Shown here: positions 23,073-33,160 of the stretch, in pieces | Layout of the letters: the number at the start of each line of letters is the position of its first letter | How positions within the stretch are numbered: the stretch's first letter is position 1 | Origin: a virus | Taxonomy: Duplodnaviria; Caudoviricetes | IMG/VR virus record: IMGVR_UViG_2597489865_000010 | Location: 1-64,000 of that record | Direction: 5' to 3' (one strand) | Length of the DNA: 64,000 nt | Translations under genes and position numbers: made by a program | The notes under the pieces: model-generated | What the model saw: only the letters and a program-made list of their open reading frames with translations | Told to the model about the DNA's origin: nothing | The model's database searches: none

Positions 23073-23373
23073 CTATTTCAGCACTTTCAAAATAGCGGTC
23101 ATGAGGCCAACGGCAGCAATCAGCATCCCTCCGACACGAACCGTCATCTGTAATCCCAGCTTATCAAACCTGTTAGCAATATCCTACGGACATCGGCTAT
23201 CTCTACACGGATAAGTCCTTACGGACATCGTCAAGGTCACGCTTGGTAGCCACACCCGCCACCTCATGAGACTTACGGACGGCAATAGAAATCGCCTTGG
23301 CCTGGTCTTTCGGCAACCCGGCGTTTTCCAGTGTCTCAACGAATTCTTGAGTATCAAATGCGACTTGGCCCAT
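23073..23373 (-). pseudogene. DUF1640/CCDC90-like coiled-coil membrane-anchored phage protein
   Basis: MGQVAFDTQEFVETLENAGL..QAKAI..ATKRDL, then TAG and a frameshift. The C-terminal TM segment LQMTVRVGGMLIAAVGLMTAILKVLK* is still recognisable. Confidence 0.8.
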
Positions 23374-23438
23374 GGGGAAGTCCTCCTGTTTATGCCAAGT
23401 GTAGCGTATCCACCACATCAACGGAAGGAGTAACACCA

Positions 23439-23729
23439 ATGGCTCCGGCATTTCCAAGCATTTATGGTGCTAACTATTCAACACAAAACGGAAGGTTCTT
23501 TCAACGACGAGGCGATATCTGGATACAGATTGAACGATATCTGCCATGTGCCACTGGAACTCTAAATGAACCGCTTGAGGCAACGGCCCTTCGTTGGCTA
23601 AACGAACTGGAGAACGGAACGCTCAAGACCAAACGAGCCATCGGAAGTACGGGAGCTACCAAGACCGCTGTATACAAGCTAACCGAAGGTGGCCTCAAAA
23701 ATAGTTCACCTATGAAGTTTACAAAGTAA
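23439..23729 (+). CDS. Phage hypothetical protein
   Basis: AAGGAG RBS before MAPAFPSIYG; first gene of the + strand phage operon. Confidence 0.6.
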   Translation: MAPAFPSIYGANYSTQNGRFFQRRGDIWIQIERYLPCATGTLNEPLEATALRWLNELENGTLKTKRAIGSTGATKTAVYKLTEGGLKNSSPMKFTK

Positions 23730-23759
23730 TTAACTACATCAACGAAAGGAGTTACCTCC

Positions 23760-24380
23760 ATGAACATGAATGACTTCATTGAAATGTTGCAGGAAAAGAA
23801 GATCCCGTACTCCATTGACGGAGATAAGATTTTCGTCAATGGAAACCTCAATCTCCATGATGCGAGCATTACCAATTTACCGGACAACCTGAGTGTTAGA
23901 GGCTGGCTTGATCTCCGCGGTACAAGCATAACCAGCTTACCGGACAATTTGAGTGTTGATGGCAGCCTTTACCTCCGCGGTGCAAGCATAACCAGTCTAC
24001 CGAATGGTCTGAGTGTTGGCGGTGATCTTGGTCTCAGCCGCACAGGCATTACCCGCCTACCGAAAAACTTGAGCGTCGGTGGCAGTATTGACCTCTGCTA
24101 TACGGGCATTTCTAGCTTGCCGGATAACCTTGAAGTTTATGGGTCAATATATTTACAGCCCAACAGAATAACCAACATTGTCTATCGTGAATTCTGGAAA
24201 CATGACTATTACACGGTTTTTGCTGCTTGGCTAAATGGCGCGTACTGCGTTGTTGTTAACGAAAAGATTTATACATTGAAAGAGTTTGACGGCGAATCAG
24301 TAATAGCAGATGTCGAACAGGCGGCGCGGGAATGCGTGGCTGAATTAGAGCAACGCAGGAAAACCGGGGGTGCGGCATGA
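23760..24380 (+). CDS. Phage leucine-rich-repeat protein (20-aa repeats), copy 1
   Basis: About 5.5 repeats of GxLxLxxxxITxLPxNLxVx, with a 60-bp DNA period; AAGGAG RBS. Confidence 0.85.
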   Translation: MNMNDFIEMLQEKKIPYSIDGDKIFVNGNLNLHDASITNLPDNLSVRGWLDLRGTSITSLPDNLSVDGSLYLRGASITSLPNGLSVGGDLGLSRTGITRLPKNLSVGGSIDLCYTGISSLPDNLEVYGSIYLQPNRITNIVYREFWKHDYYTVFAAWLNGAYCVVVNEKIYTLKEFDGESVIADVEQAARECVAELEQRRKTGGAA

Positions 24381-24655
24381 AGTCCTTTAACGTGAAACAA
24401 GTAGAGAAATTCCGTGATGTGTTCCCTGAGCTGACCACGATAGAACAGCTTGAAACGGCGATGCTCTTCTCTCTTGGCCTCTCCAAAAAAGAGATTGCAG
24501 CGGCGCGTGATGTTGCTTACATAACGGTTGAAAAGATGCTTGATGCAATAAAAAGCAAATTTAATCTTTACTCTTTAAATAATCTGCTTTCTGTCTTTCA
24601 GGTCCGGCTGGTGTTTTTTGCCTTAACTGGCGGCACAGTAAAAAATAAGAAATAA
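24377..24655 (+). CDS. LuxR-type HTH transcriptional regulator
   Basis: FPELT...LFSLGLSKKEIAAARDVAYITVEKMLDAIKSKF; ATGA overlap with the LRR gene. Confidence 0.75.
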   Translation: MKSFNVKQVEKFRDVFPELTTIEQLETAMLFSLGLSKKEIAAARDVAYITVEKMLDAIKSKFNLYSLNNLLSVFQVRLVFFALTGGTVKNKK

Positions 24656-24786
24656 GGATAACCCACGCGCTAGAAAAATGGCAATAGGCGAACGTTAGCC
24701 AGTTCCTACAACGCCACTAATCACTAATCTCGCCCCGGTATCGTGCCGGGGTTCCATTATCGTTTTAACCAACGAGGTATATCTGC

Positions 24787-25539
24787 ATGCAAAATTTAAC
24801 CATTGCACAAACATTAACCATGTCCAGCCGCGAGATTGCGGAGTTGACCGAAAAGCAGCATAAACACGTGCTGGAGGACTGCCGCAAAATGTTCGAGGCG
24901 CTCAATATTCAATCGGCCGACTTTTCGGCTGATTACAAAGACAGCAAAGGACGCGTCTATCAGGAGTTTTTGCTTGACCAGGACTTAACGATGACACTCG
25001 TCATGGGGTACAGCATTGAGCTTCGCCATAAAGTTGCCAAGCGCTGGCGTGAACTGGAAGAACAAGCCAAGAAGCCAGCTATTCCGCAAACATACCCCGA
25101 TGCACTGCGCCTCGCTGCCAAACTTGCAGAGGAAAAACAACATCTGGCATTGGTCAACAAGAAGCAAGAAAAAGAGATTCATTGCTTACAAAACTTATTT
25201 CAAACAGGAATGACGCCGGTCAAGTTCTGCAAGCAACTCAACGGCGTGAATATCAACCGTGTCAGCCTGTTTTTGGCCGAACGTAATTTTCTCTACGACG
25301 CGCAAAAAGACACGAACAAGTCCTATATATGGCGCGTGAAAGCTCACGCACGTGATAAATATTTCACTGAATCACCATATACCATCAAATCATATAAAGG
25401 CGACATGCAATTATATGAAGTCATTCTGTTACAAGACGGTGCTAAATGGCTTTATCGCCACTATCTGAAAGGCGAGCTTCCGATGAAGAAAGACTGGAAC
25501 GGCGAATTCACCCACGACAAATATCTTCAGGCTGCATAA
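24787..25539 (+). CDS. Rha-family phage regulator / antirepressor
   Basis: MSSREIAELTEKQHKHVL N-domain, IPQTYPDALRLAA linker, antirepressor-like C-domain. Confidence 0.85.
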   Translation: MQNLTIAQTLTMSSREIAELTEKQHKHVLEDCRKMFEALNIQSADFSADYKDSKGRVYQEFLLDQDLTMTLVMGYSIELRHKVAKRWRELEEQAKKPAIPQTYPDALRLAAKLAEEKQHLALVNKKQEKEIHCLQNLFQTGMTPVKFCKQLNGVNINRVSLFLAERNFLYDAQKDTNKSYIWRVKAHARDKYFTESPYTIKSYKGDMQLYEVILLQDGAKWLYRHYLKGELPMKKDWNGEFTHDKYLQAA

Positions 25540-25550
25540 GGATAAACACC

Positions 25551-26195
25551 ATGACCAAAATCACCGCCTACAAAGGCTTTAACGCCGATATGACTTGCCG
25601 TGATTATCAGTTCGAGATCGGGAAAACCTACCAGCACGAGGGCGCGGTAGAAATCTGTAGTTCAGGTTTCCATGCCTGCGAATATCCGCTCGATGTCTTC
25701 TGCTACTACGAGCCAGCAAACCATCGTTTTGCCGAGGTTGAGGTATCCGGCGATATCGCCCATGAAGCGGGAGGCGGCAAACTCACCAGTAGCACAATTA
25801 CCATTAAGAAGGAACTGTCCCTTCACCAAATGGTTGGCCGCGCCGTCGAGTGCATAGCGAGTAAAATTGATAAGTCCGCAGAACAGACGATCATTGAAGG
25901 CCGCGGGTCAGCCGCTATCAACACTGGCGACTGGTCAGTTGCCACCAACACCGGCTACCAGTCCGTCGCCACCAATGCGGGCGACCAGTCAGCCGCAGGC
26001 GTTAGCGGCTTCGGATCGGTTGTCGCGTCTCTCGGCGCGCAGGGTAAGGCCAAAGCTGCTGAGGGCGGCGCAATTGTACTGTGCTATCGCAATAGTGAGG
26101 GCAACATTATCCACATCCGCGCCAGCAGGGTGGGTGATAACGGCGTGAAACCGGATACCTGGTATGTGCTTAATGCAAACGGCGAGTTTGAATAG
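25551..26195 (+). CDS. Conserved phage protein (YKGF..CR.YQ.EIGKTY family) with short ATNTG repeats
   Basis: GFHACEYPLDVF and GVKPDTWY motifs; repeats TGDWSVATN/TGYQSVATN. Confidence 0.75.
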   Translation: MTKITAYKGFNADMTCRDYQFEIGKTYQHEGAVEICSSGFHACEYPLDVFCYYEPANHRFAEVEVSGDIAHEAGGGKLTSSTITIKKELSLHQMVGRAVECIASKIDKSAEQTIIEGRGSAAINTGDWSVATNTGYQSVATNAGDQSAAGVSGFGSVVASLGAQGKAKAAEGGAIVLCYRNSEGNIIHIRASRVGDNGVKPDTWYVLNANGEFE

Positions 26196-26378
26196 GCCGA
26201 TGATTAACCTCTGGTTCAGTTTTGCACTGGAAGCATTTGCACACCAGGAAGGGAACAAGTTGACGAGGATGTACGTCAGCCGCCCCGCAGTTTCGGAATA
26301 ACATCTTTAAACATTAAACTCAGGATGCCCGCCAGCAGGAATCATTGCAGCAGCGTCCATGCACGCAGGAGGTAAGTA

Positions 26379-26579
26379 TTGATGAATAATTTCCGTGGTA
26401 AGAAAGTTCACATAGAAATAAGTCACAATCAGGAAGGTGGTTTTTCTCTGCTCGTTTCTGATGACGATGTCGGATGCAGAGTGGCCGGGGCTAAAGTTGG
26501 AGGTTGTAAAACCCTGGAACGATTTACCGTAGATGCCCAGGAGCTTATCGACGCAATAATGGAGCATGCCCATGTTTAA
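26379..26579 (+). CDS. Phage hypothetical protein
   Basis: AGGAGG RBS; 66 aa. Confidence 0.6.
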   Translation: MMNNFRGKKVHIEISHNQEGGFSLLVSDDDVGCRVAGAKVGGCKTLERFTVDAQELIDAIMEHAHV

Positions 26580-26823
26580 AACATTCTGGACACTGAAGAT
26601 TATCAACACGCTGTTCATTATTTCATGCATTGCTTGTCTGGTGCTGGCCCTTGCATCGTTCAGCGGTACAGCCACGCCCTATATGCAAGTCACCGACGGT
26701 ATATTGGCATTACTGACACTGCTCGGCGTCAGGCTGACGTTTGAATGTATTGCTGTGCAATTTGTACAGGCCGAAACATTACAAAAGATTCTCAGTAAAC
26801 TGGAGAAGGAGCATGAAACCTAA
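26566..26823 (+). CDS. Small two-TM phage membrane protein
   Basis: Two hydrophobic segments; overlaps both neighbours. Confidence 0.6.
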   Translation: MPMFKTFWTLKIINTLFIISCIACLVLALASFSGTATPYMQVTDGILALLTLLGVRLTFECIAVQFVQAETLQKILSKLEKEHET

Positions 26824-27022
26824 AATACCCATCGGGGTAAGAGAGCGGGCGAAACGATTTGAACGCCTGTACCGTGAAGGGCTTATCCACGCGAGACGTA
26901 TCCGACGAACAGGCTATTTATCAATACGGTTTTCCCTTTGCTGGCGTATGTTATCGAAAGATAACGGTCAGAGTTGGAAAACCATGAGTCACGCAACATA
27001 CAATACACAAATAACAATATAA
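26813..27022 (+). CDS. Small basic phage protein, ParE-like toxin fold family (tentative)
   Basis: ARRIRRTGYLSIRF...WRMLSKDNGQSWKTMSHATYN motif; AAGGAG RBS. Confidence 0.55.
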   Translation: MKPKIPIGVRERAKRFERLYREGLIHARRIRRTGYLSIRFSLCWRMLSKDNGQSWKTMSHATYNTQITI

Positions 27023-27037
27023 TAACAGGAGCACCCC

Positions 27038-27181
27038 ATGAATTACGCATTCGCGGGTAATGCTGCCCTCATGGGGAGCTATCACCCGGAAGAAACCCTA
27101 TTGGATAAAATCATAAAATGGCTGAGGAATGGATGCAGGAAACTTATCGATATTCTCCGGCAGGAAGGCAATCCTCTATGA
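27038..27181 (+). CDS. cIII: Lambda CIII-like FtsH inhibitor
   Basis: MNYAFAG...ETLLDKIIKWLRNGCRKLIDILRQEGNP aligns with lambda CIII MQYAIAG...ESLLERITRKLRDGWKRLIDILNQPGVP. AGGAG RBS. Missing from the ORF track. Confidence 0.85.
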   Translation: MNYAFAGNAALMGSYHPEETLLDKIIKWLRNGCRKLIDILRQEGNPL

Positions 27182-27303
27182 GCTATGCCAATAAATTAAT
27201 TCAGGCGCTAATCGCCGAATCTCTACGATTACACGACTCGTTGCTATGGGATATCACCATCAAGATATATGAAGCACGGAGGAGAAATGAGCTCATCAAG
27301 TAA
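27178..27303 (+). CDS. Kil-like small protein (positional call)
   Basis: 41-aa ORF coupled to cIII by an ATGA overlap, in the position kil occupies in lambdoid phages. Confidence 0.45.
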   Translation: MSYANKLIQALIAESLRLHDSLLWDITIKIYEARRRNELIK

Positions 27304-27492
27304 ACTGGCTGACTTCCCGCAAACACTGCGAATCAATCAGGAATGGCGACGCTTCTGCTTAATTCAGGCGCTTGAATATCGTCGATTAGGCATGCGTGAA
27401 GCCAAGAAGTAATCACTGCATTATGCACATACCGCAAAGCTAAATATCAGATACTTCATGCCGAACGGTAACGAACCTTTTTGAGGTGAACG

Positions 27493-27952
27493 ATGAGTAT
27501 AGCAACATTAGTATTGGGCGAATCAGGTAGTGGCAAATCTACCAGTCTGAGAAATCTTGACCCAGAAAAAACAGGGATTATTCAGTGCATCAATAAACCA
27601 CTGCCATTTAAATCTTCTGGCTGGAAAGTGGGGCTTAACGTCGCAAGGACAAATGACCCAGTCAAGATATTAGATATATTAAGAGCGTACAATAAAGATA
27701 TCATTGTTATTGATGACTTTCAAAGTGTCCTTGTTGATGAGTTTATGAGACGAGCGACCCAACGGGGTTATGACAAATTTACCGACATAGGGAAAATAGC
27801 ATGGGACACATTTAATCTTGCCGGGGCGCTGGCAGAGCATCGCCGCGTCTACATTTTAACGCATTTTCATACTGACGATAATGGAGATATACACGTTAAA
27901 ACCGTAGGAAAAATGGTTGACCAGGTTATTACCCCGGAAGGTTATTTCACCA
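27493..27952 (+). pseudogene. Phage AAA ATPase (Sak4/AAA_24-like recombination protein), truncated by IS903
   Basis: GESGSGKS Walker A and IIVIDD Walker B; cut at 27953. Confidence 0.8.
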
Positions 27953-30071
27953 GGCTTTGTTGAATAAATCGAACTTTTAGGTGACTGGCGGCTCTGATCA
28001 CTACATTCGTTTCAACATCAGGTCCCCATGGCAAAGCAAAAGTTTAAAATCACCAACTGGCCCGCATACAACAATGCGCTCAGGCAGCGGGGGGACCTGA
28101 CAGTATGGCTTGATGAGTCAGCCATTGCTGCATGGACTGAGAGTACACAACCTGAACATCGTGGCCGGCCGCTTCACTACACCGATATGGCCATTACCAC
28201 GGTTCTGATGATAAAGCGCGTGTTTAACCTTTCGCTCCGGGCGTTACAGGGTTTCGTTGACTCGATTTTTAAACTGATGGGGCTGTCGCTGCGCTGCCCA
28301 GATTACTCTCTGGTCAGCCGGCGAGCAAAAACCGTCGACATCAGCATAAAAACGCCAACCCGCGGCGAAATCTCACACCTGGTCATCGATGGCACCGGCC
28401 TGAAAATCTTCGGCGAAGGCGAATGGAAAGTCAGGCAGCATGGGGCTGAGAGGCGCAGAGTATGGCGCAAGCTTCATCTGGCAGTAGATAGCGCGACACA
28501 TGAAATTATCTGTGCCGATTTATCGCTAAGCGGTACGACAGATGCGCAGGCGCTGCCCGGGCTGATTAACCAAACCCACCGGAAAATCAGGGAAGCGTCG
28601 GCTGACAGTGCTTACGATACGCGTTACTGTCATGATGCTCTGCTGAGGAAAAAAATAAAGCCGCTTATCCCACCGCGAAGTGGTGCGCAATATTGGCCAG
28701 CTCGATACCATGAGCGTAACCATGCGGTGGCAAATCAGCATCTGAGCGGCGCTTTGTTGAATAAATCCGAAATTTGTGACGACTACCTCCCTATCAGGGC
28801 GATTGCTACATGATGCGGACGCTGTTTGGCATTCCTAACAGCGTGATCCGGTTAAGCGCTTTGACCATTGCCATAGCCTCACCTACCTGCGCGTCATAGT
28901 CATGCAGACTCAGATGACCACCCAGAAGTGTTTTAAACCGGAACATGGCCGTTTCAGCCAGTGAACGCCGGTGATAACCTACTTTCTTTTTCCAGGTATC
29001 GTTATTGCCGCTCAGATGCTGATTTGCCACCGCATGGTTACGCTCATGGTATCGAGCTGGCCAATATTGCGCACCACTTCGCGGTGGGATAAGCGGCTTT
29101 ATTTTTTTCCTTAGCAGAGCATCATGACAGTAACGCGTATCGTAAGCACTGTCAGCCGACGCTTCCCTGATTTTCCGGTGGGTTTGGTTAATCAGCCCGG
29201 GCAGTGCCTGCGCATCTGTCGTACCGCTTAGCGATAAATCGGCACAGATAATTTCATGTGTCGCGCTATCTACTGCCAGATGAAGCTTGCGCCATACTCT
29301 ACGCCTCTCAGCCCCATGCTGCCTGACTTTCCATTCGCCTTCGCCGAAGATTTTCAGGCCGGTGCCATCGATGACCAGGTGTGAGATTTCGCCGCGGGTT
29401 GGCGTTTTTATGCTGATGTCGACGGTTTTTGCTCGCCGGCTGACCAGAGAGTAATCTGGGCAGCGCAGCGACAGCCCCATCAGTTTAAAAATCGCGTCAA
29501 CGAAACCCTGTAACGCCCGGAGCGAAAGGTTAAACACGCGCTTTATCATCAGAACCGTGGTAATGGCCATATCGGTGTAGTGAAGCGGCCGGCCACGATG
29601 TTCAGGTGGTGTACTCTCTGTCCATGCAGCAATGGCTGACTCATCAAGCCATACTGTCATGTCCCCCCGCTGCCTGAGCGCATTGTTGTATGCGGGCCAG
29701 TTGATGATTTTAAACTTTTGCTTTGCCATGGGGACCTGATGTTGAAACGAATGTAGTGATCAGAGCCGCCAGTCACCTAAAAGTTCGATTTATTCAACAA
29801 AGCCTCTGAGCGGCAATAACGATACCTGGAAAAAGAAAGTAGGTTATCACCGGCGTTCACTGGCTGAAACGGCCATGTTCCGGTTTAAAATACTTCTGGG
29901 TGGTCATCTGAGTCTGCATGACTATGACGCGCAGGTAGGTGAGGCTATGGCAATGGTCAAAGCGCTTAACCGGATCACGTTGTTAGGAATGCCAAACAGC
30001 GTCCGCATCATGTAACAATCGCCCTGATAGGGAGGAAGTCGTCACAAATTTCGGATTTATTCAACAAAGCG
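27953..30071 (+). mobile_element. IS903-group element, interrupted by an inverted copy
   Basis: IRs at 27953 and 30071. The flanks do not match (ATTTCACCA vs TCATAAAAG), so this is a rearrangement junction. Confidence 0.95.
28750..29804 (-). mobile_element. IS903-group element with intact transposase at 28806-29729
   Basis: Both IRs present; target duplication TCTGAGCGG. Confidence 0.97.
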
Positions 30072-30073
30072 TC

Positions 30074-30283
30074 ATAAAAGCTGAACTTCACAAACGTGGG
30101 ATAACTTTTCGAGCCTTGGACGTTAAAGCCGGGGTCAAGCAAGACGTTGTTAAAAGTGTTTTAACAAGACCTTGCCGTAAATATGAACTATTGGTTGCTA
30201 ACGCTCTTGGTGTCTCTCCAGAAACTATCTGGCCAAGCAGGTACGAAGCTAAAAATAACAGCTACATTCGCAAGGTTTCTTGA
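30074..30283 (+). pseudogene. ner: Mu Ner/Nlp-like DNA-binding protein, 5'-truncated
   Basis: IKAELHKRGITFRAL...ANALGVSPETIWPSRY (IWPSRY signature); immediately upstream of MuA. Confidence 0.85.
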
Positions 30284-30285
30284 TT

Positions 30286-32328
30286 ATGTTTATAAGTATC
30301 AAGGAATTAATAGGGATTTCCGGATTACCAGGAACAGCCCCAGGACTAAGAAAAGCATTGCGCAGATTATTGCTTGACTCTCCAGATTTAGTCCGTAAAC
30401 GTCCGGGTACCAAGGCTTTCGAGTATCACATCGATTGTTTGCCGGAACAAACACGCGAGATCATCAAACATCGGCACTATAAATCTTTGATTGCGCAAGC
30501 CCCGGCCCAGCCGGTTGATGAGTCAGTCAAGCGTGGCTGCGCCATCAAGTCACGCGATGAGCTGGCGATCATGCGCCAATGTCCTGTCCTGCTCGAGCGC
30601 AAAGTGCAGGCCCTCAACGATCACCAAAAGCAGATTGCCGATGCGCGCATGATGCTGGCACAGGAAGTGATCCGGTTACAGCAGGCCGGCATGACCCGCA
30701 TTGCGGCGGTGACCTTTATCGTCGAGGAGTCAAAGGTCGGTACATTGCCCGAGGCCCTGCAGCGCGCCGCCACGCTGGCCAACGCCAAAAAGGGCCGCAC
30801 CCGGCAAGGGGTGGGCAAAAGCAGCCTGCAGGAATGGGTGAGTCTCTATCTCAGCGCAGAGCGACCCCAGGAGCGTCTGGCGATACTGGCTCCGGGTCAG
30901 CCGAAGAAGCAGCGTCCCGAGGACATGACGTGGTTCTATACGCTCTTCTGGCCGCATTACGCCCGGCCCTGTGGCCCGACGGTGCTGGAAGCCTACCGCG
31001 CGTTTCAGGCCGACTGGCAGGGCAAATACCATGATCAGCCTGCCATGCTGACGGCCCTGCCGACCTACGACAAGGTCAATCGCATGGTCAAGCGGGTGGC
31101 ACCTCACCGACGGGTCAAGGGACGGGTCACCGGTTCGGCGCTTAAGGCGTATCAGGTTTACCAGCAGCGGGATTGGGCACAGATGCCGGTGAACGGCTGC
31201 TGGATAGCTGACGGCAAGTCGCTGAACATGAAAGTGGCGCATCCGATACACAGGCGGCCCTTTACCCCGGAGCTGACCCTGGTGCTCGACGGGCGCACCC
31301 GCTATCTGGTGGGCTGGAGCCTGTCTCTGGCGGAAAACGCCATCGCGGTGGCCGATGCGTGGCGTTATGCTATCCAGCACCACGGCAAACCGCTGTTTTC
31401 CTACTCCGATAACGGCGGTGGTGAGACCAACAAGATGCTGGATGCGGATATCACCGGGATTTTCCCCCGGCTGGGCATTGAGCATATTACCAGTATCCCC
31501 GGTAACCCGCAGGCGCGGGGCATTATCGAGCGACTTAACGGCGTTCTCCCACGCCGGCTGGCCCTGCGCTTTCAGACCTATAACGGGTTAAGCGCTGACC
31601 CCAACGGGACGCGGGTGCAGGGGCAAAAGCTGCTGAGTCTGTCGAATGCCCTGCGTCAGGGGAAAGAGCTGAACCCTGTCCAGCAGAAAACGCTGGCGAT
31701 ATTGCCCAGCTGGCGGCAATTGATAGACGCCATCGAGGAGGAGGTGCAGCGCTATAACCACAGCCACGAGCACAGCGCGCTGCCCAAGGTCAACGGCAAG
31801 TCGATGACGCCGGCTGCTTACCGCAAGGCCCTGCTGACCGAGGAAGGAGACAACATTGAATACCTGACACCGGGCGAGTTGCGCGAGATGTTTATGCCGG
31901 AAGAGAAACGCGTGGCCCAGCGCGGCTGGGTTGAACTGCTGAATAACCAGTATTTTGCCCGGGAGCTGATTGAGGTAGACCGCCAGACGGTGCGGGTGGC
32001 CTACGATATCCATAATCCGAACGAGGTGATTATTCGCCAGATGGACGGCGCTTATCTCTGCACCGCGCTCTGGAATGGCAATACCGCTTCGCCGGTGCCG
32101 GTCTCCAGAGTGGAAAAAGCCCTGGAAGCGCGCGCTAAACGTCGCATTAAACTGGCTGAAAATAAAATTCAGGATGCGAAAGACGAATTACGCACGGTGA
32201 TTGACGCGCCCAGGGAGAACGATTACAGCCTGCTGGTACCCAAGGCAGCGGAACCTGAAAAAGAGAAGGTGTATTTATTTGAATCCGAATATGAGCACGA
32301 TATCAAGCAGGTCGGTAATAACCGCTAA
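30286..32328 (+). CDS. Mu-like DDE transposase (MuA)
   Basis: N-terminal Mu DNA-binding domain, WIADG, YSDNGGG and GIIER motifs; about 680 aa, apparently intact. Confidence 0.93.
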   Translation: MFISIKELIGISGLPGTAPGLRKALRRLLLDSPDLVRKRPGTKAFEYHIDCLPEQTREIIKHRHYKSLIAQAPAQPVDESVKRGCAIKSRDELAIMRQCPVLLERKVQALNDHQKQIADARMMLAQEVIRLQQAGMTRIAAVTFIVEESKVGTLPEALQRAATLANAKKGRTRQGVGKSSLQEWVSLYLSAERPQERLAILAPGQPKKQRPEDMTWFYTLFWPHYARPCGPTVLEAYRAFQADWQGKYHDQPAMLTALPTYDKVNRMVKRVAPHRRVKGRVTGSALKAYQVYQQRDWAQMPVNGCWIADGKSLNMKVAHPIHRRPFTPELTLVLDGRTRYLVGWSLSLAENAIAVADAWRYAIQHHGKPLFSYSDNGGGETNKMLDADITGIFPRLGIEHITSIPGNPQARGIIERLNGVLPRRLALRFQTYNGLSADPNGTRVQGQKLLSLSNALRQGKELNPVQQKTLAILPSWRQLIDAIEEEVQRYNHSHEHSALPKVNGKSMTPAAYRKALLTEEGDNIEYLTPGELREMFMPEEKRVAQRGWVELLNNQYFARELIEVDRQTVRVAYDIHNPNEVIIRQMDGAYLCTALWNGNTASPVPVSRVEKALEARAKRRIKLAENKIQDAKDELRTVIDAPRENDYSLLVPKAAEPEKEKVYLFESEYEHDIKQVGNNR

Positions 32329-32339
32329 GGATATATTGT

Positions 32340-33160
32340 ATGACAACGCGAGAACGTATTTTCCAGCTGATGGAACGGTCAGGCTACACCCAGCGCAAGG
32401 TAGCCGATAAAACCGGATTAAGCGGCGCCACCATTTCACAATATTTAAAGGGGGTTTACAACGGCAATATTGATAACGTCGAGGGCACGTTACGGGATTT
32501 TCTTGACCGCGAGACAGAGCGCGCCCACCGGCGGGACATCAAGGTACATTTTGTGCCGACCCATCTGGCGAGGGTGGCGCTGGACCTGATTAGTGCCACG
32601 CACGACTTCGGCGATATCGGCGTGATATACGGCCCGGCAGGCATGGGAAAAAGCATGGTGCTGAAGGAGTATGTGCGCGCCAACAGCGCCAATAAAGGCG
32701 TCATCTTGATTGAAGCCGACCCCGGCTATACCGCCAAGGTGTTATTGCAGGCGCTGTGCGCCCGGCTGGGTCTGCGAAAAACTGGCAATATTCATGAGCT
32801 GGTCGAGGAGTGCGTACAGGGGCTGCGCGACAAGCACTGGCTGGTACTGGTTGATGAGGCTGAGCTGCTGCCCTACCGGGCGCTTGAGGTCCTGCGGCGC
32901 ATTCACGACCGTTCCGGGGTGGCCATTGTATTGGCGGGGATGCCGCGTTTGCTGCTTAACCTGAAAGACTCTCGCGGGGAATACGCCCAGCTCTATAGCC
33001 GGGTGGGTATGGCGTTAGACCTGGAATCTCGTAAGAAAGAAAGTGAAGCCGAGGATTTCAGCGCCATTCTGGGCAGCCTGTTATCGAACGGTGAGGACTC
33101 GAGGGAGCCGCTTGCGCCGGAGATTGCCGCCGCCTTTCGCAAACATTCACGGGGCAATTA
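32340..33160 (+). pseudogene. MuB-like AAA ATPase, 3'-truncated
   Basis: HTH plus GPAGMGKS and LVDEAE. Fused after RGNYR to the antisense strand of IS21 istB. Confidence 0.88.

Noticed and set aside
23760-24380. LRR proteins as IpaH/SspH/YopM-type type III effectors
   Set aside because: They are too short, have no NEL ligase domain, use a different repeat consensus and sit in phage-like operons coupled to regulators.
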